This document shows, piece by piece, positions 48,651 to 59,900 of a stretch of 64,000 nucleotides of DNA. Within the stretch, counting starts at the first letter, position 1; the number at the start of each line of letters is the position of its first letter. The stretch covers positions 2,790,001 through 2,854,000 of the forward strand of contig JAYWIR010000024.1 in NCBI GenBank assembly GCA_036172245.1. Reading direction: 5' to 3'. A model generated the notes under the pieces. The model saw only the letters and a program-made list of their open reading frames with translations, was not told where the DNA came from and made no database searches. The stretch comes from Raillietiella orientalis. Its lineage: Eukaryota. The position numbers and the translations under genes were made by a program.

Positions 48651-50467
48651 AAACAAAATTTCCGAACGGCGCCGCCCGCTTGCTCCAAAGCTGCTAATCA
48701 ACCGAAATGCCGATGGAGACTGAAATCCATCCAAGATGCAAAATTTAGTTAGCTCATCTCTTGATGCCTTCCTCAGAAAACAGGGCTACCCCCCCAAAAA
48801 AAAGCCAGCAATCAATCTGGAATCTCAGCACAGAGGTAAATCAATCAACCAACGCGACCACTCTGACTCTCATCCGAACACCTCGGGCTCCAAGGTTAAG
48901 AATTAATCAGATGAGAATCTGGGCTGTTCGATGATTCAGGAGCACTCGAGGGCAGAGAGGCGGCAACCATCAGTTGTGACTCTCCTCGTGAAGACAAGCA
49001 GTGGTCAGGACCCCGAGAAGAGATGCTTGCAACTGAGTCGGATTTCAGAGTGCGGTGGCGTGAACAGCACTCAGGCTGTTATGCGAGAAAAACATGAAAC
49101 ACTCCTCAGAGACGATGGAATGGTTGCCAAGTAGCTCACTCGCCTGCATGAACGCTCTCATTCTGAAAAACGAATTTCCTTTTTTCCACAAGCAGACGGA
49201 AGCAGCTGAGTTTCCTTCATCTCTGCGTAGGCCGACGAAGTTTGGGACGAAGACATCCTTTGCCTAAGATCTTCAAGCATTTTCCACGGATGCACCTGTA
49301 CTTATCGTTAGCAACAGTTAGTATCAGCATCCCTAAAGGGAGGGCTACAGCTGACGAGAAAGCTGATCGCTTGCACTGAGGTCTTCAAAGTCCAACCATA
49401 CGTGCCGATAGGCGATCCGATGTGTCGGAAGAAATAGAAGAAAAAGCGAAGCCACGGATTGCGTCAACAGACAATTATCGCCCGAGTGTGTTTCCCACAC
49501 TCCCGAAACAAATTAGTGAGTGTTCCAAACGACCCGTTTCGTGTTGACGGATAGGAGCGCCGGACTGCCATAAAAAAAAAAGGAGGAGCGCCTGTCCGTG
49601 GCAACCGTAACTGCGGCCCTCGGCCTGGAGGTGCAAAAACGGCTTGGAAACGGCGGGGCTGCCTTGGAACGTCCTCAGACGGAGCGGTCGTTTGCATGCT
49701 CTGTGTCATTGACATGTCTCCTCACTGTCAAATCATGACGGCGGGTGTTCCGAAGCATGAGAAGCGAACGAGGGTGTGCACCTCCAAGTGGGTTCCTCCT
49801 GCGTGCCCGCCGCCGCCTGGGTGTCGGTTACGAGGGCAGCCACCCCTCTAATAGAAGAGGCACACCTCCTGCTCGAAAGTGCCACTGCTGGGAGAGCCGA
49901 TCATCAGAGATGGCAGCGCCGAAGCGCGTGCGCTGCGGCGAGCGAGCCGGTAAAACACGGGCAGCGTGCACCAACACGAATCTGTTGGCGCGTGACCGAA
50001 GTTACGACATCGCTCCCGTCCCAGAGGCAGGCGGTGCGGATTTCTCGTCCATCCCAGACCGAGCCCTCGCAGAAAATGGGGGCGGAGGACTCCGGAGACG
50101 AAATCAGCGCGATCTTCGCTTGCAGTCTGCAAGGCACGAGAGCGACCCGGAATACTGCTTTCCGCTTTCCAGAGCACGACCAACACAGAAGGCGATCAGG
50201 GGACACGGGGAGGAAGGGGGTTACCGGCAGCTCTCCCATTCCAGGGGCTGAGGAGGCGCCGACGCATGTGCGGCCGACACTCGAGCAGCCTCACCTCACG
50301 GGTCGGTCTCTTCTCCGCACGGCGGCGAGAACTCCATCCCGTCAGCCCCGTTGATCTGAAGGAGACAAAACTTTCCACCCCGACCCACCGTGGAGTCCCC
50401 ATAGCTGGTTAGCCCGGTGCCAAACATTATCAATTCTTTTCCTCCTGGAAAGTGCGTTTATGTATCA

Positions 50468-50575
50468 CCCGGATATGCCGGGGCATTTATTATTAAATTT
50501 TTTATAAAAAAAATTTCATAATAAAGTCTCCTTTTGTTAAATAAATGCAGGCAGAACACGAGGTTCTGCCTATCT
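50468..50575 (-). mobile_element. Isolated LINE 3' terminus
   Basis: CCCGG-ATATG-CCGGG-GCATTTATT motif plus a 9-bp stem AGGCAGAAC/GTTCTGCCT at 50549-50571. Confidence 0.55.
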
Positions 50576-50609
50576 GGACACACTTGCCGCTGCAGGTTCG
50601 TAGGCCGTT

Positions 50610-50756
50610 TATACAGATGTGGACAAAGAGTTATACACAGATCCATGTAGACAGATAATACATATACATAAATGTAGATAGATATAAACGGATATACACA
50701 AGTGTAGACAGATGCAGATGGATATAGATAAATGTAGAGAGTCGTCGATATAGATA
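50610..50756. repeat. Degenerate TAGATR/TACA simple repeat
   Basis: Repeated tagata/cagatg/tacaca units. Confidence 0.7.
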
Positions 50757-51105
50757 CAGTGGTACTCGGTACTCGTCGGTAATTCGTTCCGGAACTCATG
50801 ACGAGTGCCGAAACTGACGAGTACCGAACGGGTCCCTTTCTATGCTTCATGGTTATCATTTTTAACCATTTTAGGATCCATGGTCCACGCGTAAAATGCA
50901 CAAAGGAACGATTCAGGATGCATTTCATGGAAGTGTTCGGCACTGTTCGCGAGCTACCGAGAGATTGAAGCCTCTCACTTGTTTCATCATGAGTGGAGTG
51001 TCGAGTTCCGAGCATGAGCCGAGTGTCGAAACATTTTTTTTCTCGTCAAAATGCAGCAACTGAGTTCGAAGGGTTCCGATACTGTCGAGTACCGAGGTAC
51101 CACTG
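50757..51105. mobile_element. MITE, Tc1/mariner superfamily (pogo/Tigger-like TIR)
   Basis: TIRs CAGTGGTAC(C)TCGGTACTCG..GAACTCA at both ends. TA on the left and CA on the right. No ORF, 349 bp. Confidence 0.8.
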
Positions 51106-53129
51106 CACTTTGGATGCAGATTGAGACGTAGACGGGTATCGTTCCGTTGCGTTGTGCGTTTACATCAAGGTCACCGGAGCTGTGGAAACGGAAACTCTCT
51201 GACGAGATCGTATCCCTGCGGAAAGTGTCCCTCAGCAACATCGTGTCGTGGCAAGTCACAGCACTGCCCTTTGTCACAGAGATCGCGGAATGGTAAGAGC
51301 GTTTTCCTTCTGCTGCTGCTGTCCCCTTCGGTCTTGGTGAGCTCGCCGACTTTGCGCGCTGCGTTTCGCGAGCCAGACAGACTGACACGGCCTTGGAGAT
51401 CTTCCGAAGTCTTCCGAAGGAGGTGAAAAGGAGGATCCTGGACTTTCGGGCAACCAGAAGGCAGCTTCGCAAAGCAGCACACTCCTCTGCAGACAAAGAA
51501 CACTGGAGAGAAAGAGGATCCCTACCTCCACGTGGACATCACAGAGACCTCTCGACATGATAAGACGCGGTCCTTCACTTGCTCTGGATAACCGGAACCC
51601 ACCTCGAAGCATCTCACGAAACGAGAGAAGACTGCAAAGGACGGAGGGTGCGGCACCTTTGCCACTTTCGGGTACTCCTGACTCTGTTATCCTGTCCTTT
51701 TGTTTTGCTTTCTGAAGAGAGTGTGGGAGCAAAGCGTTTGCCAAAAAAAAAGATGGAAAGAAAAAAAAAGCTGACAGCACTCGTCTTGCCTGCGTTGCCA
51801 GGTTACGAAACCATCGACCCACTCATTAAACCGGAACCCGACTTTCTCTGTGCCCTCCCCTTCCCAATTCTCTCCCTCTGTTCCCCCTCTCGCACTACAC
51901 ACAAACACACACACCACGATGTGTGTTTTGTTTCCCAGGAAACGACCGTTCGTAACCGGCCAAAGCAAACGACGAAATCGGATACGCGGCCGCTCGCAAT
52001 AAATCGCCACCCACAAACGGCTCCCCTTTTCTTGCAAGCAGGGAAAAGGCGAAGCGATGCCGCGTTCCCGAGGTAGCGGAGCGGAGAGCGCAGATGCCTC
52101 GCATCTTCGGCCCGCAAAGCAGCCTGGAGACCAGCGGACGGCATGCACGCGACCAGCGCCAAGGAAGAGGACACGCAGCATTCCCACCATGCGTTCTCCG
52201 CATGGGCTTCCTGTTTGCTTTTTATTCAGCGAAGCCAAGGCAACAGCGAGGGACATCCATCAGGTCTCCTTACAATTACTTCTTTCCGGGAAGCGTAGGG
52301 AAGTGCGCTGCTCCAGGACGCGAGAACCCGCTGCAGGCAGCTCGACGGTCACTATCAGGCAACGGAGGTGTGCGGAACGCACTTCAGCGCGCGCAAGCAG
52401 GGAGAAGAAGGGGAGGAGGGACGCCCCGCGTGGACACGTGGCAAAAAGAGGTTGCTGCCGGCAGAGCGGTCCCGCGCGCTCCTGCAACCACACCCGTTGC
52501 AGCCAGGTGCCGGCGCAGGGACCACCAACCCTCCGTTCCGTCCTTCCGTACCCTGCCCTTCTTCGCCTTCCCTTCCGACGTCTCCAGTTTCCTTCGGTAC
52601 GTGACGACGACCTCCCTCGCTCCCTCCCCAGCTCTGCAACCATCAGCGGTGGATTCCTCAACTTTCAAGGCTCCTCTTGCACGCTCGCAGAGAACCAACC
52701 TCTCGGGTGATTATTCTTGCGCTTCTGACGGTAATCCTTGGTTGATTTAGGTGTTTTAATCATTTTGCAGAAATTAATCACCAGATTTGTTTCCGTGATG
52801 ATATTAAAAGCTGACCCATGCTCACGGAGTCTTCCTCGTTTGTAATTTATTTCTGCGACGGACTTTTTTTTTCCCCCTCTCTCTCTCTTTCTTTCTTTTT
52901 TTTTCTTTCCAGGAAGAGAGCCGCCGCCTGTATTAATTTCGATCGTGGCGTCACGGCTTCTTTAGCGAAGCGGCAGTGGAATTCATGGGGTTCCCCAGTT
53001 TTTGTGGGTTGCGTTAATTAATTCATCCGCCCGTGAACCTGCTGGTGCTTCCCGCAGAGGTGCATCCTTTCCCGGCAGCTGTCCCGCTGCCGCCGGCCTC
53101 CTCCGAACTTGATGATCCGCTGAACCGGG

Positions 53130-54400
53130 TAACCTCTTGACGCTCATCTCCGCTCGCTTCATAACGGGAACCTGGAAGAATCTCACGCCCAAAACGAGAT
53201 CACCTCTGCCTGCTTTCCGCTGGCACGGCACCTGGAAGCTGGCGGCGCCGGAATGGCTGTATGGAGGAGGAGGAAGAGAAGGAGGAGATGTTGTTGGCCT
53301 GAGGCAAGACAAACTGGCGTGGACCCATCGCTCCGTCGAGTACCAGAGGTTGGCGGCTAACAGCAAGTGGCAAGAAGTTTGGAGACATATGACTCCCGGA
53401 GCTTTCCTGAGCCTCCTCGAAAGTCAGCATCGAGCGGGAGCTTGATCTACCAGAGGCCCAGGGTTACCTTGCAAAGAATCCAAGAATTGAGACGAGGAGG
53501 ATACTAAAATTAGTACTCTAAGAGTACTAATTTTAGTATATGTACAGCCGAAGCGTGTACATATAGTGTACTAAGGTACATTGAGATGGTGACAGGAAAA
53601 TTCACTTACAGGACCCGAGAAGTGTGGAAAAAACACAATAACTTCGCGTGGTCCAGAGTGAACAAGCAAAACCTCCGAAGAATAATCATTGAAGAAGAAA
53701 AGGACACCAGTGCCCTCCAAGAAGCCTCCATCGCTACGGGAGCAACAGGATCAACCTGTTGGCGATCGGAACGAAGCTCTCAGGGAGTGATATACCGCCA
53801 GACTCCCAGGATAACCTCCTGATGTTTTATCACGGAGGAATCCTGAGCAGTTTTAAAATGAAGCACTTCACGGGAAGAAGAGAAGACGAGGACTGCAAGG
53901 CATGTGGGGACATCGATACGAGATTTCACGTCTTGACATGTCCCACATTGCATCACGACTGGCAAGCCCTGGAAAGGATTATAGGGCTGCCCACCAATTC
54001 AGTCATGGGAACTTTAGCAGGGATGTTCCAAGGAAATGGGAACGTTCACAACTATAATCCCATGATGAGGATGACCATAGCCCTCTTCATCACCGCCATC
54101 CTAGTGCGGTGGTGGAAGATGGAGACCTCCAAGACGGCCGTATCTCCAATGGAAATCCTGAAAGGGTTTATCCAGAAGGAGATAGGCATAAGAAATTGCG
54201 GAAGAGTGCAGGTCTGGACGTATCGATACATCCTAAAGAGGATTGAGGACAACGTCCGGACACAGGGGACACCCAATTTCCCATAATTGCAGAACCTTAG
54301 TGAAAACCCCAAGAAGGTGAATTCAAAGTGACTTTGGTGGTCTGATTGAGATAATAGAGTGAATGAACATGTAGTGTGAATATTAAGAAAATAAATTTAC
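53130..54400 (+). pseudogene. L1/Tx1-like ORF2 C-terminal fragment, distinct family
   Basis: FRWHG..EWLY..GGDVVG. ORF 53759-54286 has FYHGGI..DCKACGDIDTRFHVLTC. AATAAA at ~54389. Confidence 0.8.
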
Positions 54401-56849
54401 CCACTTCTTGTGGGATTGAGAAAATTGAACATCACCAGGAGGAGTACAAAAACCGAACACAGAGTAAAGATCCTCCAAGAGTCACGGGGATCAAGGAGAT
54501 CTACCGAGGTCTCCGGAGGCGGCCATGTGCAAAGCCCTCCCGTTCCTCAAAAACGAGCAGCATCAGAAAGCGAAACTGGCGTTTCCTGGTCCTGGGATTT
54601 CTCTCCGAAGCCCTGAAGACATGTCCAGGTCTCTTCAACGTAAAGCAGCCACCTCAGACACGTCGGATAGAAGCAGCAGGAAGGATAGTGAAAGGAGCGC
54701 GGGAAGGTAGGGTGGAAGGGAGGTAGAGGAACTGAAGAACACTGAACCAGCCCTGGTCAGGGTGTGCTCGTTCCACCCTCCCTCTGTGATGTGGCAGCGA
54801 CCACAGGGCGCCAGATGTCCCGGGAATCCCTCGCTCTCAACCGAGATTTTCGATCTCGTCTGAGAGTGCTCCAACTGCAAAGAGTCCATGCAGCCTGCAG
54901 CGAATTCTCCGACTGGTCACGCCGAAAGTGTGCGTCCGGGGAGAGCCGGAAGGGGGCAGAAGGCGGTCCGCAGAGGCCATCCGGAAAGGTAAGGGACCCT
55001 GGGAAGGGTGTCTGGAAAGGCTGGTGGGACACGCCCCTGGCTCTGCCGACCGCTCTTCGCGCCGTTCGAAATCCCAGTGGACCCGGGGGAAACCTCGGGC
55101 CGGATAATGCGGGGATAAGGAGTTTCCAGGATGCGTTGTCCTCCCGGAACTCGGGACGACGAAGAGGCGCAAGGACGGAGCAGGAAGAGGAGACAAGGGA
55201 AACACGGGAGCCCTGGGCAGCCGGAATGTTTCTGGAGCCACAACTCGGTACACAGCGTTCGTATCCTCATCCCCGATGAGGCTCTGCGCATCTTCTTCAG
55301 AAGGAGCGAGCAGCCTCTCTGTTGCGCCCAGAGGGCGACAGAAAGGCTGCTCGGTCTTTCCTGCTTTGGTGTCCATTCGGAAGACGCTACCCCTCGGATG
55401 GAGAGTGTGCCAGACAGGATTGCACTTGACCATTGTGGTCTTGGTTTGGCTTTCTCGGTTGCGCAGGCGTATCTTCCTAGGGCTGACCGACTGGTCTTCC
55501 GGGATTTTGCCTCCCGAGCGGACGGAAGCTTTGGTAAAAAAACAAAAAACCTTTCCGCGTAGACAGCACGTACATCAGAGTCGGGAGCGGCACTTTGATC
55601 AGAGTCGCGAAACGGGAACTGCAGATCGAACCTGGATCTGACGAGGACGTTGCTTCCTGGAGAACAGGCGGCGCCCTGAGAGCGCCGAGCAGTTCTTCCG
55701 CGGGTCGGAAGCACTGGGGCGATGGCGAGGTGCAGAGCGGCAGGAAGGTTCTGGCACCGAGATCGAACGCTGATGTACGGATCGGGATGCTCAAGTGAAG
55801 CTGTTTCCCTGACCCCACCGCGGAGGGGGCAGGAAGAAAAAATTAATCGGCGTTCGCGTCAGGGGCATGCGAGGAATGGGAGAAGCCAAAGAAGGAGACA
55901 CCGTCTTGGCGCAGGCGTAGCGAGGAGGCTGCAGCGTGGGACGAACGATGAGGCCATCAGGATTCGTTTCGAAGTCAGATTCTCAATCAGATCTGATACG
56001 TATCTGCATCAGATACGGAACTCGACGAGCGTGGACCGTGGGCGAGCAGACGCCCCTCGCTTTCCTATCTGCAGAGCTGGCACAGAGAGAGATCCGCGGG
56101 AACGAGGAGGAGCCGCACGGATGTTCAAATTCATCCCTCGCGACGTTTGCTCTTGGAGGCGGAAGGCACGATCCGGTAAACGGAGCACCGCGAAATCCTC
56201 TCCAAGAGCTCCGCACGGAGGAAGCAGAAGGGCATCGCACCGTGGTCGAAGGTGGACCGTCTTCAGCACTTCATCTTCCTCGAGATTGTCGTGTGGAGGC
56301 GGACTGGGCAAACTTCCATCAAGAGTCTCCTCGAATGGAGAAAGCGCTACCTCCGCACCCAGGAAAGGAGGAGAAGAGGAGGAGAAAGAGGAAGATGAAA
56401 GGAAAAAAGGCCGAGCTTCGATCTCGGAAAGGTTGAATCTGAGGTCGGCAGAGCACCGGTCCTGCTCGGGAGTGCTCGTCCCTTGAGCGCGCGCGTCGGC
56501 TACTTCCAGACGGAGGTCAGTCGTCCTTCGAGTGACACAATCTCCCTCGGGGTTCGTCCCGGAAAACGAAGAATCTCGTCTCCTTCCCGATTCTTGGCTA
56601 CGGGAGGTCAAGAATGTGCGCGCGGGATGTTCGTCTCGAGGACTCGACGCTCACCATCAAATGATGGAACGGCTCGTCTTCATCCGGCTCCAAGCGGTGC
56701 CGTTAGCAGCCGTAATTTGAGGGAAGTGTTGATGCTGGGATGTAACAGTGATGTAGAGACTGAGCAAACCTGAGTGGCACCGTTTTCTACGGTGCCGATA
56801 GCGCGCCCGGATGGCAGGAATGTCGAACGACCCATCAGCTGATGCCCAG

Positions 56850-59800
56850 CTTCTCCCTTGAAAGCTGTTTCGAAGATTTTTAAAATTTTTTACAAATTAT
56901 TCCCCAAATTATTGAACTGTGTTCGTGTTTGTGGGGCAAAATTTTCATCGCAACAATTGACCATTTTTCAAACCGCTTTTCTTGGGGGATGGGGGTCGCA
57001 CTGTTGTCTTCGCCTGTCTCTGAAGGTCCTCGCCTGCGCCTTTGGTTGCAGCTGCAGGCATGCCAACCTTGCAAGGGGCCAAGGTGAACGATGTTTCCGC
57101 AGATGCGCAAACGCGCCGTTCGAAAAAGTAATCGTTTCATTGGCTGCAGCATCTCGGAAGGAAAACCTTGGCGCAACTCCCTCGATCACCCTCAATATTG
57201 ACACTGGAGGTTCCTGCACAAATCCGTCAACAACGAACAGGACTATCTTGTGAACTGCCGCCTTTTATAGATGACTGACTGCTCCCTCCCGCGATGCCGG
57301 AACTGTTTGCACTGCTGGAGGAGTGAAAGTATCGATCCCCGCGATTAAATCATTTTTATTGCCTTCGGGGCTGCGTCCCTATTTATTTTTGGAGTTGGAG
57401 CTTCGTTGCGTTTTAGCCTGGAATGGAGAAATTGCTGAGAAGACGAGGAACTGCCGGGTCGTTAGTGGACACAGAAGCCGCTCGCAGTTTTCGAAGAAGA
57501 TTCAGGTTGGCTGCTCTTACGTTCATTCCCACCGCTTCCGTTTCTCCTTCGGCATTTCGTCCCCGCCCGTCCTGACCTATCTCCTGTTCTGACCAACACC
57601 GTTTACCTGGTTTTCCTCTTGGACTCATGCGCAACACGGACCTCAGTGCACGCAGCACACGAAAATGAAAGATCATCATCGTCTCCCCCCGCAAAGTCTT
57701 TCAGGAAGTTCTCGGTAATGACGAGGGTAGAACCCTAGCAAGCGATCTTTCGATGCTACACGGATGATGATGCTTGAAGCCGGCCCACCTCCAGCCTCGC
57801 CACATTTCGCAAGGCTCGAAGCGAAATAGTTTTCACTCGCTTGCCCTATGGGGTACGTTCATCTCCTTGTCGAGAGCAAACCTCGGGACAGACGGCAGCC
57901 CCTCAGGAATACATTCGGGAACGAAACCAACGCGTCTTCTCTTAGAATCCAACGGTGTCTTCTTAATTCTGTGCTAATTCACTTTGGCAAACTAGCCGTC
58001 AGCTAAAATGTGGCTAGCTGAACGGAGGTGATGTGTGCGTGACGTCACCCTACCCCACTACGTTCATATGCCTTCCTTCCGCCGTTGCATGCATGAGCTG
58101 GATTCTCCTATCAGCAGCATGCAGTTTCGAAACTGGAGCCCTCTGGAAACCTCGGTGCCCTGTGCGGTCAAGATGGTATTCGGTTTCAACAAGTACGGAT
58201 GTAGTAACCTGATGCTGCGTTGCCAAGCCAGCTCAGAATGTCTTGAGGTGATCCGTTGTTACGGCTCCTCAGGCCGATCTCCGCTCACCTTTCAGTGTGA
58301 GGAAACGTTTACTTGCCGAGTAAACAGATCTGCTTCGTTCTTTCGGGAACCCTGCGGCTGCATCTCACTGCGTTGTCAGGGAGACGGCCATGGATAACTT
58401 TCCTGTCTCCATGCACCATGGGAAACCGCCGAATCTCTCGTATCGAACATTAGTGACGCTGATCACCATCGATTTTTCTGGTTTGAGCTTTTCTGTCACC
58501 ACTCTTCAAGACTGCTTGTTTCAGCAGATGAATCCCACTCGATTGAAGTGACTCCTGAAAAACGGGAACCGAGCTGAAATGCTGGATGGTTTCTGCCATT
58601 AGAAAGGGCAGAGGCAGAGTTCAGGAAGGCAGTGAACTATCTGTTCGCACCTGCGTTTTACGAATAATGTGCCGGAGGGTATTACTGATGACTAGACATG
58701 GTACTCTCCATGATTTCCACTGTCTGGATGTCCTTTCCATCACATCCCCCCACCGAAGGTTTCTTTATCTCGGCCGGTGGCGTCAGCCTGTGCCTCCAGG
58801 ACACTTCCCTAGAGCTGAGCATCTTGGATGCCTCATCTCCCTCATGTTTTCCATCTACCGCTTTGGGAGCGTCCGTTCTCTTGGAACGTGGTGGCTTCCA
58901 TGATCTTGCGATCCTAGGGGATTTTACGAAGGTCTCTCTGGAGAACGCTGGTACTCCTTTGACATCAGAGAGGAGTGCTTGTTATCCTTCCTTCGCCTTG
59001 CCTCCTCAAGTGCTTCAGCAGGAGATTGGCTGATGTCCACTATCATCACGCTCTCGTCTCCATGGAGCACCAACTGCATTCGCGGTTTGGAATCTGTTCC
59101 AGGAATGCTCTGAGGTCATCAGCTCCCGCTTTTCTTGGGGAACCCTCCTAGTCCGGGCTACCGACTCCTCCTCCTGCATCTCAAAAAGAGGGGCAATATT
59201 GCAACCGTGAGCACTCTGGAGATCATCTGGAAGCAGCTTCCGTTTCTCCTTCAACATTTTGATCGTTGGACTGTATGCAAAGGGTATTACTGATGGCTAG
59301 ACATGGTACTCTCCATGATTTCCACTGTCTGGATGTCCTCTCCATCTAGCCCTGCAAGCCAGTTCAACAACCTGATGGCGTCGCCCAGCATCCAACATGG
59401 CCCGTGCACCTACTGAACGCGTCGTCTAGGGCATCCTCGGAACCACCAAGAGCAGACCTACCGCGTCGAGTCTGAAGAAGAAGCCCATAAAAACTCCAGA
59501 ACTGTGCAGCGCCGAAACACAAGCAAGCAGGCGTGGCTCAGCAGCACCGAAGCCTTCGTTGCCGTGCGAAAGACTGAGGGTTCGAACCGGGGAGGTGAGA
59601 ATGAGCAACTCTGAGCTCTTAAACAGGAGTCTCCTCATCCTTAAACACCCCCTTCGGACCAGCCCTTTGTCCATAATGGAGAACCCTAGGAAACGGCGCA
59701 GGCTGTAGAAAAAAAAGAAACAGCCCCCCTCCCAAACATTTACTTATGCGTGCCCCAATCTTTTTCAGAATCCTGCTGAAGGTGTGTCTACTGTCAGCAG

Positions 59801-59900
59801 TCAAAAAGGTCCCTGTGGCTTGTGTCATCCTGCGCACTTGACGAGCACTTCTTCTGAACGAGGCTAAGGAAGAGGTGGTCATTCGAGAAACCATCGTCGG
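56850..59900 (-). pseudogene. Degenerate L1-like ORF2 (endonuclease end, linker, RT)
   Basis: HTFSRI..ARIS, AVSLT, ETEYHLDR (~EKAFDR), IPEGLPS (~QGxPLS), FA..TMMIF and LQPKAQART (~LPKxxGG) occur in order. Confidence 0.6.
58676..59346. repeat. 66-bp direct repeat pair (58676-58741 and 59281-59346)
   Basis: AGGGTATTACTGATGRCTAGACATGG..GATGTCCTYTCCATC, 2 mismatches. Confidence 0.95.

Noticed and set aside
57750..57772. Plus-strand YTDDD as an RT active site
   Set aside because: The surrounding RT motifs are all on the minus strand, so this is probably coincidental.
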